A DNA stretch of 64,000 nucleotides from Octopus sinensis. Taxonomy: Eukaryota. This document shows positions 28,524 to 40,240 of this stretch, piece by piece (positions within the stretch are counted from its first letter, which is position 1; each line of letters opens with the position of its first letter). The notes beneath the pieces are model-generated. The model saw only the letters and a program-made list of their open reading frames with translations, ran no database searches and had not been told where the DNA came from. A program made the position numbers and the translations under genes. The DNA is taken from contig NC_042999.1 of assembly GCF_006345805.1 (NCBI RefSeq), positions 95,728,001-95,792,000 of the forward strand. The letters are read 5' to 3'.

Positions 28524-30190
28524 TAGATAGATAGATATAGATATACACACACACATAGATAAATTGATAGATACAACTGTGTGGACAAACAAAAATATGA
28601 GCCTAGTGCTTTTTTTATGTTGATAAGCCTGGTACTTATTCTATTAGCACAAGAGCAAATGAGCTACCTCTCACTCCACATCATTCTTTTATCTCTTTCA
28701 TGGACTAAAGTAGAATTACATCTTTACTGTTTACAGACAGGGTTTCATGAAACATATATATTTAGTATGAAATATATTCATAATAAGTTTATGAATATAC
28801 ATTTCAGGTGTTATTTCTACATTATTTGTAAGTATATAATGAGAGTTGATACTTCTATATAAATTAGGCATACATTACAGTTTCTTTATAATGATGGGAG
28901 TAGTAAGAATAGTGAAATTTATCAATGGAGAATGTATTGTAAACTATCATTATGTTTGTTTTTCATGAGGAGTGGATGGCACAAGAGAGGTATTTAGATA
29001 TGATAGTAGATGGTATAGTAGAGAGTAGTGTCATAAGGAGATGGGAGTTCATTAGCATAAATAATAAAGGGTTTTGGAGAAAAGTAGTTATTTCATTAAA
29101 TTAGAGGAAAAAATTAACTGAAGGGTTTTAAAAGTTTCTTTCTCATAACAGATGTCTATAATAATTAGAAATTAATATAATTAATCTATATTTTTTTGTC
29201 TTGCAAGGTACCATGTCAGTGATGGTGCCACATAAAAAGCACCCAGTATATTCTGTAAAATGGTTGGCAATATAAATTTCCATTATTCATTTAGGGTATG
29301 GAGCTAAAGTACCACAAAACATTTAATAGTAGTCTTTCAAACTCTAGTTTGACATGTATTGCAGGTACATATATAGTAATAGAATTCCTAACTGATACCT
29401 TCATTACAATTCATCAATAATTTCTTTTTCATGGGAAACTATCCACTAGGACAGAAATAATTTAAAGAGATTTCAAGCATAACTTCATTGTTAAAGCTTC
29501 TGATAAAGGACAGAATTTATAAAAAGACATCTCAATATAGAGACCATTGTTACAAAATTATGAAAATCACTTGGTAAAATTTGAATTTCCTTTCAGCATA
29601 GTAAGATAGCTTCAACTACAATAACAAATTGATGGTACAACTGTCAGACCAAGCTGACTGTCTTGAAAAGAATTGATTATCAACTTATTGGCTGATGTTT
29701 TTTTAATATCATTTAATCGATTCGAAAGTTTCTAATAATGTTACTTATAATATCACGAAGAAATTTAATGAAAGTTTTTAAAAAAATCTATTATGCTTAA
29801 CTTAAATATTTAAAGTTTAAATGTAGTCAGTAGGTAAGTGAGTTTAATGAATTAACATTGTTTCACTTGCATAAAGCATAATTTCTTTTCCTGGACTGTA
29901 TGAAATATTTCATTTCTAAATGGTGATTTCTAGTATTGTAACAAGGCTTTATAATTAGATATAGGGGTACAGATGGTGTAATTGGTCTCAACATTTTATT
30001 GATATATTCGACCTTTGCTTTACAACTACTTCACTTTATGGGATACACTGATAAAAATCATAGATATGCTCACTAATTTCCTCTTTCAATGTTTTAGTTA
30101 TGATCAAAATAGTTAATTTGAAAAACTAATTATTACAATAAATGTGTGTGTGTACGCGTGTGTTTGTGTATAATATACATACATATATAT

Positions 30191-30228
<38 letters not shown>

Positions 30229-30680
30229 TCTTTTATTCTTTCACTGGTTTCAGCCAGAGGCTAGGTCCATGCTGGAGCACCGCCCTCCAGTATTGTTTTT
30301 GGTGAAGAAGCTAGTTGGATAAAGCTGCTCTTTGTGCCTCCTGCTGTGATGTGAGCACATCTTGGATTACAGATAAAAATTTGTCCAGGTGCTTTTTGAA
30401 CGTTTCCACATTTACACCATGCAGATCTCTTAGGGTCCTTGGCTGGATCTTAAACAGTTGTGGTCCCTTAAAACTCAAGCTGTTGCAGTACTAAGTCCTT
30501 ATCTGAGATGAAGAAGATGATATCTTTGGTAGTATGCAGTGCCATCCAGTTTGGTGGTTGGTATAGCTTTTAATTCCAAAGTTGGGAGCTAGACCTTCCA
30601 GGATCTTTCATATGTATATCACTGCATGCCTTTCTCACATTCTCTCCAGGTAATAGAACTTCTGTTGTCCACACTGGCAT
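30229..30680 (-). mobile_element. CR1-like LINE 3' fragment
   Basis: The minus strand encodes decayed (Y)IWKILEGL-PNFGI and GPQLF...LRDLHGVNVETFK blocks. It ends in GGCGGTGCTCCAGCATGG...GCTGAAACCAGTGAAAGAATAAAAGAA. Confidence 0.85.
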
Positions 30681-30689
30681 CGGTTGAAC

Positions 30690-31045
30690 CGTTTGACCAG
30701 GTCTGACAAACTGTAAGGCTGCACCAGACCACAGTCTGATTTGGCATGGTTTATATGGCTGGATGCCCTTCTTTACACCATCCCCTCCAAGAGTGTGATG
30801 GGTGCTTTACATGCAACTGGCATGGGTACTATTTGCATGGCACGGATATCTGCCACTACTGCGATTTTATTTGGCTTGATGGGTCTTCTTCTCAAGCACA
30901 ACATAATGCTAAAGGTGTCGGTCATTGCCTTGTGAGGCCCAACACTCGAAAGGAACTCAGCTACTTTGCTTCCATGAGACCCAACACTTGAAAGGTGCTT
31001 TTTAACGTGCCACTGGCACAGGTGCCAGTTATGTGACACTAGCAT
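30690..31045 (-). mobile_element. RTE 3'UTR fragment
   Basis: CTGCACCAGACCACAGTCTGATTTGGCATGG...GCTGGATGCCCTT and GGTGCTTTTTAACGTGCCACTGGCAC modules. Confidence 0.8.
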
Positions 31046-31048
31046 GTG

Positions 31049-31089
<41 letters not shown>

Positions 31090-31659
31090 TATATATAATA
31101 TTGTGTGTGTGTATGTTTCTGTATGTTTTCTTGGGTAACGGGGTAATGTTTATCTATGTACTTATCTATCTATCTACCTACCTTTATAAATGTATCTATC
31201 TTTCTGTCTCTTTTCTCACACTCTTTCACTTTTCGTTTATATATATATATATATATATATCAAACTTCACCACCACCACTATCAATACCAAAAGCAATCA
31301 GCACCATTATCAACTCACCAAATTTTGAATAGCCAACGGGTAACAAGAAGAATAATATCAGCATGATAACAGTGTCTGCAGCTACATATTTTATATGTCA
31401 ACACAGTGGTGTGGGTGCATGTACAGAGAGAGTGAGGAGAGACAAAAAGATAGAAACATTTAAGATAGATAAATAAGTACATAGATATCTGTTGTTAGCA
31501 AGGTGGGTGCAGTTGAGTGAGGTTTTGCTGGCTCAAGTCAGAGTGCAAGGGGTCAAATGCCCATGAACCTGCTAACCCTGTAATTATTCAGTACTTCTCA
31601 CTTCCCTCCTTCCCCTCTTTGATCTTATTTCCATTATAACAGTCATATGACAGCTAAAG

Positions 31660-31915
31660 ATGCCTGCAAAGAAGCCATCATGTTGAACTGAAGGTAGTAA
31701 TTTTAAAAGAAACTGTAAAAGGATTACACTGAATACGAAGCTTGATGTTTAAAAAAAAACCTCGATGCAGGAGTAAAAGAATCAACCACATTACCAAATC
31801 ATCATCTACTGTAGGAACAAAATTTGACAATAGAGAGAAGTTTAAGTGCTCAAAAAGTTACTTTGTAAACATCCTGAACCTTACTTTTTTCATAGATCTA
31901 ATGCTATGTTTAAAA
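31660..31915 (+). pseudogene. Tigger/pogo (CENP-B-like) transposase N-terminal remnant
   Basis: Translates as MPAKKPSC*TEGSNFKRNCKRITLNTKLDV, then STVGTKFDNREKFK after a frameshift. This resembles the N-terminal HTH of Tigger transposases (RK.ITLE.KLDV...STV.TI.KN.EK.K). Confidence 0.6.
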
Positions 31916-32375
31916 TAGCCCCTTAAATGCATGAATCAAGGATCAAACTTGATGTATTGTGCTAAGCACCATGGTAATGCAAAGATATATAGATATTGAA
32001 AGAAAGCCAATATTTTGTGTCAACACAATGGTGTGAGTGCATGTACAGAGAGAGAGAGAGTGTGGAAGGGGGTGATTGAGAGAAGTTTTTCTGACCCAAG
32101 TCAAAGTGCAAGGAATGAAATGCCCATGAACCTGATAACTTTGTAAATGGTAATGCAATACACACACACACATACACACATATTGGGTCTCACTCACATC
32201 TGTTTTCATTCCACCACTTCACTTTCTATTTCATATCTTCTCTAGAATAACTATTGCTGAACAATTTTCTCACACCATCTCCAATGAAGGGATATATAAA
32301 ATATCCCGGAAACAGCCTGTAAGACATCCTCTTTATAAATGTTCTGAAATCTTTCACAGCCTTGGATTTTTATCT

Positions 32376-32413
<38 letters not shown>

Positions 32414-32415
<2 letters not shown>

Positions 32416-33150
32416 CATCATCATCATCATCATCGTTTAACGTCCACTTTCCATGCTGGCATGGGTTGGACGGTTTGACTGAGGGCTGGCAAACCAGAAT
32501 GCTGCACCAGGTTCCAATGCAATCTGGCAATGTTTCTACAGCTGGATGCCCTTCCTAACACCAACCACTCCGAGAGTGTAGTGATTGTTTTTTTACTCAC
32601 CACCAGCACAAAGGCCAGTCAGGTGGTCCTGGCATCAGCCATGCTTGAATGGTGCTTTCTACATGGCACCGGCACAGGAGCCAGTCAGGCAGCATTGCCA
32701 ATGATCAAGTTCATATGGTGCTTTTTACATGCTACCAGCATGGGACTAGTCAGGTGGCACTGTCATTGACAATGCATGAATGGTGTTTTTTAAGTGCCAC
32801 AAGCATGGGTGCCAATCAGGTAGTACTGTCACTGGCCACGACAGCAACTTCACTTGTCTCAACATGTCTTCGCAAGCATACAGTCTACATTTTACTTTGA
32901 GCAAGAGACCCTTTGTCGCCAGCAGAGGTAGGAGCTCACTGAATTTTGCCCAGGCTATTCTTATTCTAGCAGCTACACTCTCAGAGCAACTACCCCCACT
33001 ACTGACTTGGTCACCTAAGTAACAGAAGCTATCAACTACTTGTAGATTTTCCCCCTGGAATGGGACATGCTGTTTTCTGCACATTTTCAGTGTTTATTGC
33101 CCCTGAGCATTTGCCACATACAAAAACTATCTTCCCAGTTAGCCTTCCTT
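32414..33150 (-). mobile_element. 5'-truncated, internally deleted RTE LINE
   Basis: (ATC)n tail and 3'UTR modules joined at about 32870 directly to RT sequence (ARIRIAWAKFSELL, VVDSFCYLG) and part of the PHD insert. Confidence 0.93.
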
Positions 33151-33181
33151 ACATATGTATATGTATGATATATGTGTATGC

Positions 33182-33226
<45 letters not shown>

Positions 33227-33229
33227 TAT

Positions 33230-34315
33230 ATGGAGTCACCTCAATGAAAACACAAAAAGTGAGCGGTGTTCCACAGAGCACTGTCTTGGGACCACTGCTT
33301 TTATAGTGGCCTTTTCAAATATGCCCTCAACTGCCGGGATGGCCATTCTTGCTAGCTAAAAAGGACAATATGGAAGTCTCACAGAAAATACAGAACCCCA
33401 GTGATGTTGCACATCTGCAGCAGGAGTTGGACTCAATTTACAGATGGGCCAAGGATAATAATATGCAGTTTAAGGCTCCAAAATTCCAAGCCCTGCACTA
33501 CCAGCATCCAAAACTGAAAATGAAACTTACAGGGTACACTGGTCCACAGGGAATTACAATCCCAGGGCCTAAATCAGTGAGGGACCTGGATATCGACATA
33601 AATGACGATACCTCTTTCTAAGTGCACATTACCAGAATGGCAACAAAGTGTAGACGACTGGCTGGATGGATCCTGAGAACATTCAAAACCAGAGAAAAGG
33701 AAGCCATGATGGTCCATCCTCTGGAGGACATTTGTCCTCAGCCACATGGATTACCACTCCCAGCTATAGTAACCCAACAGTGTAAAATTAACAGTGGACC
33801 TTGAATCAATCCAGCAAAGCTTCACCAAGAAGATCATCTCTTTGCAACAGCTCAGCTACTGGAGAAGGCTGAAAGAGCTAAGACTCTACTCCCTGGAGCG
33901 AAAGCAGGAGAAGTATGCAGTAATATACATCTGGAAGATCCTGGAAGGAATTGTGCCAAATTTTGGCATTGAAAGCTACACTAATGCCAGAACAGGTCGC
34001 CACCGCATAGTGCCAAAGATCCCAGCAATGCTATTGTACTTCAGGACCACAGCTTTTTAATATTCTTAAGAGCCTGAGGAACCTGCAAAAATTGGATGTA
34101 GGCATTTTCAAATCAAGGCTGGACCTCTACCTGTCAAGAGTCCCAGATGAACCTACCTCATGGCAAGAGATGCAAATGAGGGTAGCTACATCAAACTCCA
34201 CTCTTCACCAAGTCCACATATTAGAGGAGGCTCTCTGTAAAAATGGTGTAGCAAAACGGCAGTGCTCCAGCATGACAAGACCTCTAAGCTGAAACTACAA
34301 AAAAAAGAAGATAAA
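33230..34315 (+). mobile_element. 5'-truncated CR1-like LINE (RT C-terminal half)
   Basis: SGVPQSTVLGPLL, LQQELDSIYRWAKDNNMQF, RLKELRLYSLER...YAVIYIWKILEG and VPDEPT motifs across frameshifts. Tail GGCAGTGCTCCAGCATG...GCTGAAAC. Confidence 0.93.
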
Positions 34316-34478
34316 AGATATATATGTATGTATATATGTGTATATATATGTATATGTATACGTATTTATATATATATATATATATATTATATATGTATAT
34401 ATAAATATATGTATATATATATATATATGAATATATATAAATGTATATATATAAATGTATATATATATGTATATATAT

Positions 34479-35230
34479 GATTGATTGATTGATTGATTCT
34501 AGTTTCAGCTCATGGGCTGTGGCCATGCTGGGGCATCGCCATTTGGTGTTGCTACATGGTTTTACTTCACAAATGCTTTTTAGCAACTGCCATTTGGTGC
34601 ATGAGAGAGTTCGATGCAGCTGCCCTCATCTGCACCTCCTGCCGTGAAGTTGGTTCATCTGGGATACCTGACAAGAAGAGATCCAGTTTCATTTTAAAGA
34701 CATCTGCATCCACCCCATGCAGGTCTCTTAGGTTCTTCGGGAGGATATTGAAGAGCTGTGGGCCTCGGAAGCCCAGGCTATCACAGTATCTTGTCCTACA
34801 TCTTGATGGCAAATTTGGAGTCCTTGGCACCACGCAGTGGCACCCAGTTCTGGCATTTGTGTAACTCTCGATGCCAAAGTTTGGGACAAGTCCTTCCAGG
34901 ATCTTCCAGATGTATATTATGGCATATCTTTCTCGCCTACGCTCCAAGGAATAGAGTTTTAATCTCTTGAGTCTTTCCCAGTAGCTTATATTCTGCACAG
35001 AGGCTATCTTCTTCGTGTAGCTACGTTGGATCGCCTCAAGTTCTGTGATCAACTTGACACTGGATGGTGACCATAGCTGAGAGCAATAGTCAAAGTGGCT
35101 TAGGACAAGTGTCCTCCAGAGGACCATCATGGTTTCTTGTTCTCTTGTTCTAAAGGTTCTAAGAATCCATCCGGCCAGTCATCTACATTTCATTGCCAAT
35201 TTAGCAACATGTACACGAAAGGTTGCGTCA
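34479..35230 (-). mobile_element. 5'-truncated CR1-like LINE 3' end with (AATC)n tail
   Basis: ORF 34567-35130: [15 protein letters not shown]...LKLYSLERRRER...IWKILEGLVPN...GPQLFNILP...LSGIPDEP. Confidence 0.95.
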
Positions 35231-35232
35231 TA

Positions 35233-35235
35233 TAT

Positions 35236-35290
<55 letters not shown>

Positions 35291-35460
35291 ATGTATATAT
35301 GTATATATGTATGTATGTATATGTATATATATATGTATATGTATATATATATGTATATATATATATATGTATGTGTATATATATGTATATATATATGTTA
35401 TATATATATATGTATGTGTATATATATGTATATATATATATATGTATGTGTATATATATG

Positions 35461-35491
<31 letters not shown>

Positions 35492-35845
35492 GTATGTGTA
35501 TATATGTATGTGTATATATATGTATATATATATATATGTATGTGTATATATATGTATATATGTATATATATATATATGTATGTGTATATATATGTATGTG
35601 TATATATATGTATATATATATATATGTATGTGTATATATATGTATGTGTATATATATGTATATATATATATATGTATGTGTATATATATGTATGTGTATA
35701 TATATGTATATATATATATGTATGTGTATATATATGTATATATATATATATATGTATGTGTATATAGATGTATATATGTATGTGTATATATGTATATAGA
35801 AATGTATATAGATGTATATATATATATATATATATATATAGATGT
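35233..35845. repeat. Compound TA/TATG array with a recurring unit of about 28-30 bp (GTATGTGTATATATATGTATATATATATAT)
   Basis: Directly visible. It explains the ORFs at 35129-35924. Confidence 0.97.
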
Positions 35846-35849
35846 ATAT

Positions 35850-38800
35850 CGATTCTACATCTTTCTGACAAAACACTGACTCGAAAAATGACCAGCTAAG
35901 CGAATTTAACTTACAACCTGTCATTCATATTCATTTTTTAAGCGTTGATTCGTAACTCTAAATCCCGTTTCTCTATTATTTATTTCGCCATCTTGTATGC
36001 ATGGCTTCCTGTCTGTCATGCATTTTAAATTCCTCCTTTAATTTCAGTGTCATCCCGTTATTATTCCATTCCCAGAATTCACTACAATATTCTCTCTCTC
36101 TCCTATTTATATTATGTTTTACTCGAACCCCGAAGTTTCTAGATGTTCGCAGAAAAATCCCTACGTATTAACTTAAAACCTGTTGTTCCTTCGAGACCTG
36201 TTGTTCCTTCGAGGTGACCCCGCCCTCCCACCCATCCACCAGAACCGGAAGTTTCTGTTTTCTATCTTTCTTGACCCCCCCCGCACCCCTATGTAGGGTT
36301 TATTGTGATCATGTAGCGCAAAAACTGTGAAATTTATGCAGGTTGTAGTCTAGAGTCTCAGTATGATATCTGGCAAATGCAAGCTTTCTTTTCAGGTACA
36401 TAACACTGCTGTCCCTCATCCCAGGGTCTCAGAGGCCCACACCTCCCACACCTCAGGGTGGGCACCCTCAACGTTGGCACATTGAAAGGTAGGTCTGGCG
36501 AGATAGTCGAGATGCTTGAACGGAGACGTGTTGATGTATGTTGTATGCAAGAAATAAGGTGGAGAGGAGGATCTGCTAGGGTCCTCACAGGCAAGGAACA
36601 CAGGTACAAGATTTTCTGGGCAGGGAACACTGACGGGGTTGGTGGCGTGGGTATACTTATCGCTGAGAAATGGATAGATAGAGTAATTGAGGTAATCAGA
36701 GTAAGTGACAGAATACTTAAGATTAGAATAGTGCTTCATAATAGATTAGCAACCATTATATCTGCCTATGCCCCTCAACCAGGGCTACCCGATGGACAGA
36801 AAGACAGTTTCTATGACACCCTACTGCAGACCACCTCATTGACGAACGACAGGGACCTTCTTTGTGGCTGGTGATTTCAATGGGCATGTTGGACGACATG
36901 CTGGGGGCTTCCATGGCGTACATGGAGGCTACGGTTATGGTTCCCGCAATGAGGAGGGAACCAGGCTGCTGGAGTTCTGCGATGCGAATAGTCTTATGGT
37001 CTGCAACACTAACTTCAGGAAACCAACAAGCCACCTGGTCACCTACCGATCGGGCCGGCATACTAGCCAAATCGACTACATCCTTGCCAGAAAAAGGGAA
37101 AGATGGCTGCTTATAAATGCCAAAACCTTCCCAGGCGAAGAATGCACCCCACAACATAGACTGGTAGTTAGTGACTTTAGGATCAGGACTAAGAGGGCGA
37201 CTAGAAGACGACCAACATGGAGAAGAAGGGTCTGGAAGCTTAAAGACCCTGCGAATGGACAGAGATTTAGAGATATGTTACTTGAAGCCTTTGACGAAGT
37301 GGAAGGGGGTATAGCTACACATGGGGTAGAAGACAACTGGACGTTTCTGAGGGACAACCTGCTGAAAGCCGCTGACCAGATCTGTGGCTGGTGCAAAGTC
37401 CCCTTAAGACCCAAAATAACGTGGTGGTGGAACAATATTGTTGACAGGGCTATTAGACAAAAGAAACAGGCTTGGAAGGCCTGGAAGAACGGTGGTAGCA
37501 GGGAAGGGTATCAGACTGCCAGAAGGGAAGCTAGGAGACAGGTCTATCTAGCCAGAGGGGAAGCAGATAAGAGAAAATTTGCCAATGTCCTGCTCCGTGA
37601 GGATGAAAGACTTGAGGTATTTCGTGTTGCAAGACAGTGTGTGAGAGAGAATCGTGATGTGGTAGGAGAGAAATGTGTTCGCATGGAGGATGGTTCACTT
37701 GCGCTAAATGAGGATGCAAAGAGAGAAGCTTGGAGACGCCACTATGAAGGTTGCTGAATGAGGAAAATGAATGGGATAAAGAGAGTCTGCCGAATGTTGA
37801 CCCTACAGAGGGACCAGCTATCCGAGTTGATAGTTCCGTGGTAGCTAAGGCAATTAGAAGCATGAAGACAGGGAAAGCCCCAGGCCCATCAGGAATTACT
37901 GCAGAGATGCTCAAAATATCTGGCAGTGTCGGCTATAACCTAGTCACCCGTATAGTCAACCAGGTGATACACAAAGGAGTCATACCCAATGACTGGTGCA
38001 GCAGCATACTAGTCAACTGCTACAAAGGTAAAGGTGATGCCCTAGATACAAATAATTACAGAGGTATCAAGCTGTTGGATCAAGTAATGAAGGTTACGGA
38101 GAGGGTCATAGCCCAACTAATTAGAGAGAGAGTTAGTTTAGATGAGATGCAGTTTGGGTTCATGCCAGGGAAAAGTACCACTGATGCTATATTCCTGGTA
38201 AGGCAGCTGCAGGAGAAATACCTAGCCAAAGATAAGCCCCTGTACCTGGCTTTCGTTGACATGGAGAAAGCTTTTGATAGGGTCCCCCGATCCTTATCTG
38301 GTGGTCAATGAGGAAACTAGGGATAGATGAATGGCTGGTGAGGACTGTGCAAGCCATGTACAGAGATGCCGTAAGTAAGGTTAGGGTTGGCAACATGTAC
38401 ACAGAAGAATTCAAAGTAGAGGTTGGGGTCCACCAGGGTTCAGTACTCAGCCCCCTCCTATTTATCATAGTACTCCAGGCAATTACGGAGGAATTCAAGA
38501 CAGGCTGTATCTGGGAGCTCCTCTACGCTGACGACCTTGCTCTTATTGCTGAGTCACTATCAGAACTGGAGGAGAAGTTCCAGGTGTGGAAGGAGGGTTT
38601 AGAATCAAGGGGCCTTAGAGTCAACCTAGCTAAAACCAAAGTACTAATAAGTAGAAAGGTAGACAATCCACAAATATCTTCAGGAAGATGGCCCTGCTCG
38701 ATCTGTAGAAAAGGTGTAGGTAGAAACTCTATAAGATGTACCCAGTGTAAGCTATGGACACATAAGAGGTGCAGCAATGTCAAAGGTAGGCTAACTGGGA

Positions 38801-40132
38801 AGATAGTTTTTGTATGTGGCAGATGCTCGGGAGCTTTAACCTCCGAAAATCTGCAGAAAACAACTTCCGTCACTTTCCAGGGGGAAAAACTAGAAGTAGT
38901 TGATAGCTTCCATTATCTAGGTGACCAAGTCAGTAGTGGGGGTGGGTGCGCTGAAAGTGTAACTGCTAGAATAAGAATAGCCTAGGCAAAGTTTAGGGAG
39001 CTCTTACCTCTGCTGGTGACTAAAGGCCTCTCGCTCAGAGTAAAAGGCAGACTGTATGATGCGTGTGTACGAACAGCCATGCTACATGGCAGCGAAACAT
39101 GGGCCGTGACTGCTGAGGACATGCGTAAGCTCGTGAGGAATGAAGCCAGTATGCTCCGATGGATGTGTAATGTCAGTGTACATACTCGACAGAGCGTTAG
39201 CACCTTGAGAGAAATGTTGTACCTAAGAAGCATCAGTTGTGGTGTGCAAGAGAGACGATTGCGCTGGTATGGTCATGTGGCGAGAATGGATGAAGATAGG
39301 TGTGTGAGAAAGTGCCAATCCCTAGCAGTTGAGGGAACCCGTGGAAGAGGTAGACCCAGGAAAACCTGGGACGAGGTGGTGAAGCACGACCTTCGAACTT
39401 TAGGCCTCACTGAGGAAATGACCAGCGACCGAGACCTTTGGAAATATTCTGTACGTGAGAAGACCAGGCAGGACAAGTGAGCCCAGCCCACTTATGAATG
39501 CCTTTCCTCCCTTGGACACAAAGACCGGTTGAGGCAAGCGAAGTCGATATAGAACCTCATCCGACGACAGACACCCATGCCAACCCCCCATGCTTGCGAA
39601 GACATGGTGGGGCAATCGAAACCGAATTGAACCAGCCAGGATCCCTGGCCTGGTGGTACGTAAAAAGCACTATCCGACTCGTGGCCATGGCACGTAAAGT
39701 ACTCCAATGCGACCGTATGACAGGCACCCATGCCAACCCCCTTTGCTTGTGAAGACATGTTGGGGCAAGCGAAATCGAAATCGAATTGAACCAGCCAGGA
39801 TCCCTGGTCTGGTGGTACATAAAAAGCACTATCCGACTCGTGGCCGATGCCAGCACCGCCTCGACTGGCTTCCGTGCCGGTGGCACATAAAATACACCAA
39901 TCTGACCGTGGCCGTTGCCAGCCCCGCCTAGCACCTGTGCAGGTGGCACGTAAAAAGCACCCACTACACTCACGGAGTGGTTGGCGTTAGGAAGGGCATC
40001 CAGCTGTAGAAACATTGCCAGATTAGACTGGAGCCTGGTGCAGCCTTCTGGCTTCCCAGAACCCCGGTCGAACCGTCCAACCCATGCTAGCATGGAGAAC
40101 GGACGTTAAACGATGATGATGATGATGATGAT
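35850..40132 (+). mobile_element. Near-full-length RTE-clade LINE (putative 5'UTR, ORF2, modular 3'UTR, (GAT)n tail)
   Basis: APE endonuclease plus RT coding region, a 650-bp 3'UTR and a GAT tail ending at 40132. The 5' limit is inferred from a CpG-richer segment starting right after the TA array. Confidence 0.93.
36377..39480 (+). pseudogene. RTE ORF2 (APE endonuclease, reverse transcriptase, PHD insert), disrupted
   Basis: GTLNVGTL..QEIRW, SAYAPQ, GDFNGH, QIDY (APE); NYRGIKLL, QFGFMPG, FVDMEKAFDRV, GVHQGSVLSP, YADD (RT). Frameshifts near 36864, 37751 and 38308 and an in-frame TAG at 38983. The likely ATG at 36377 is followed by TAA at 36401. Confidence 0.95.
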
Positions 40133-40240
40133 ATATATATATATATATACATACATACATGAGCATATATATATGCGTGCGCGCGTGTGTGTGTATATAT
40201 ATATATATATATTATATATATATATATATATATACATACA

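Noticed and set aside
37076-39752. Antisense and alternative-frame ORFs over the RTE and CR1 copies
   Set aside because: They are shadow ORFs of GC-richer TE coding sequence and 3'UTR.
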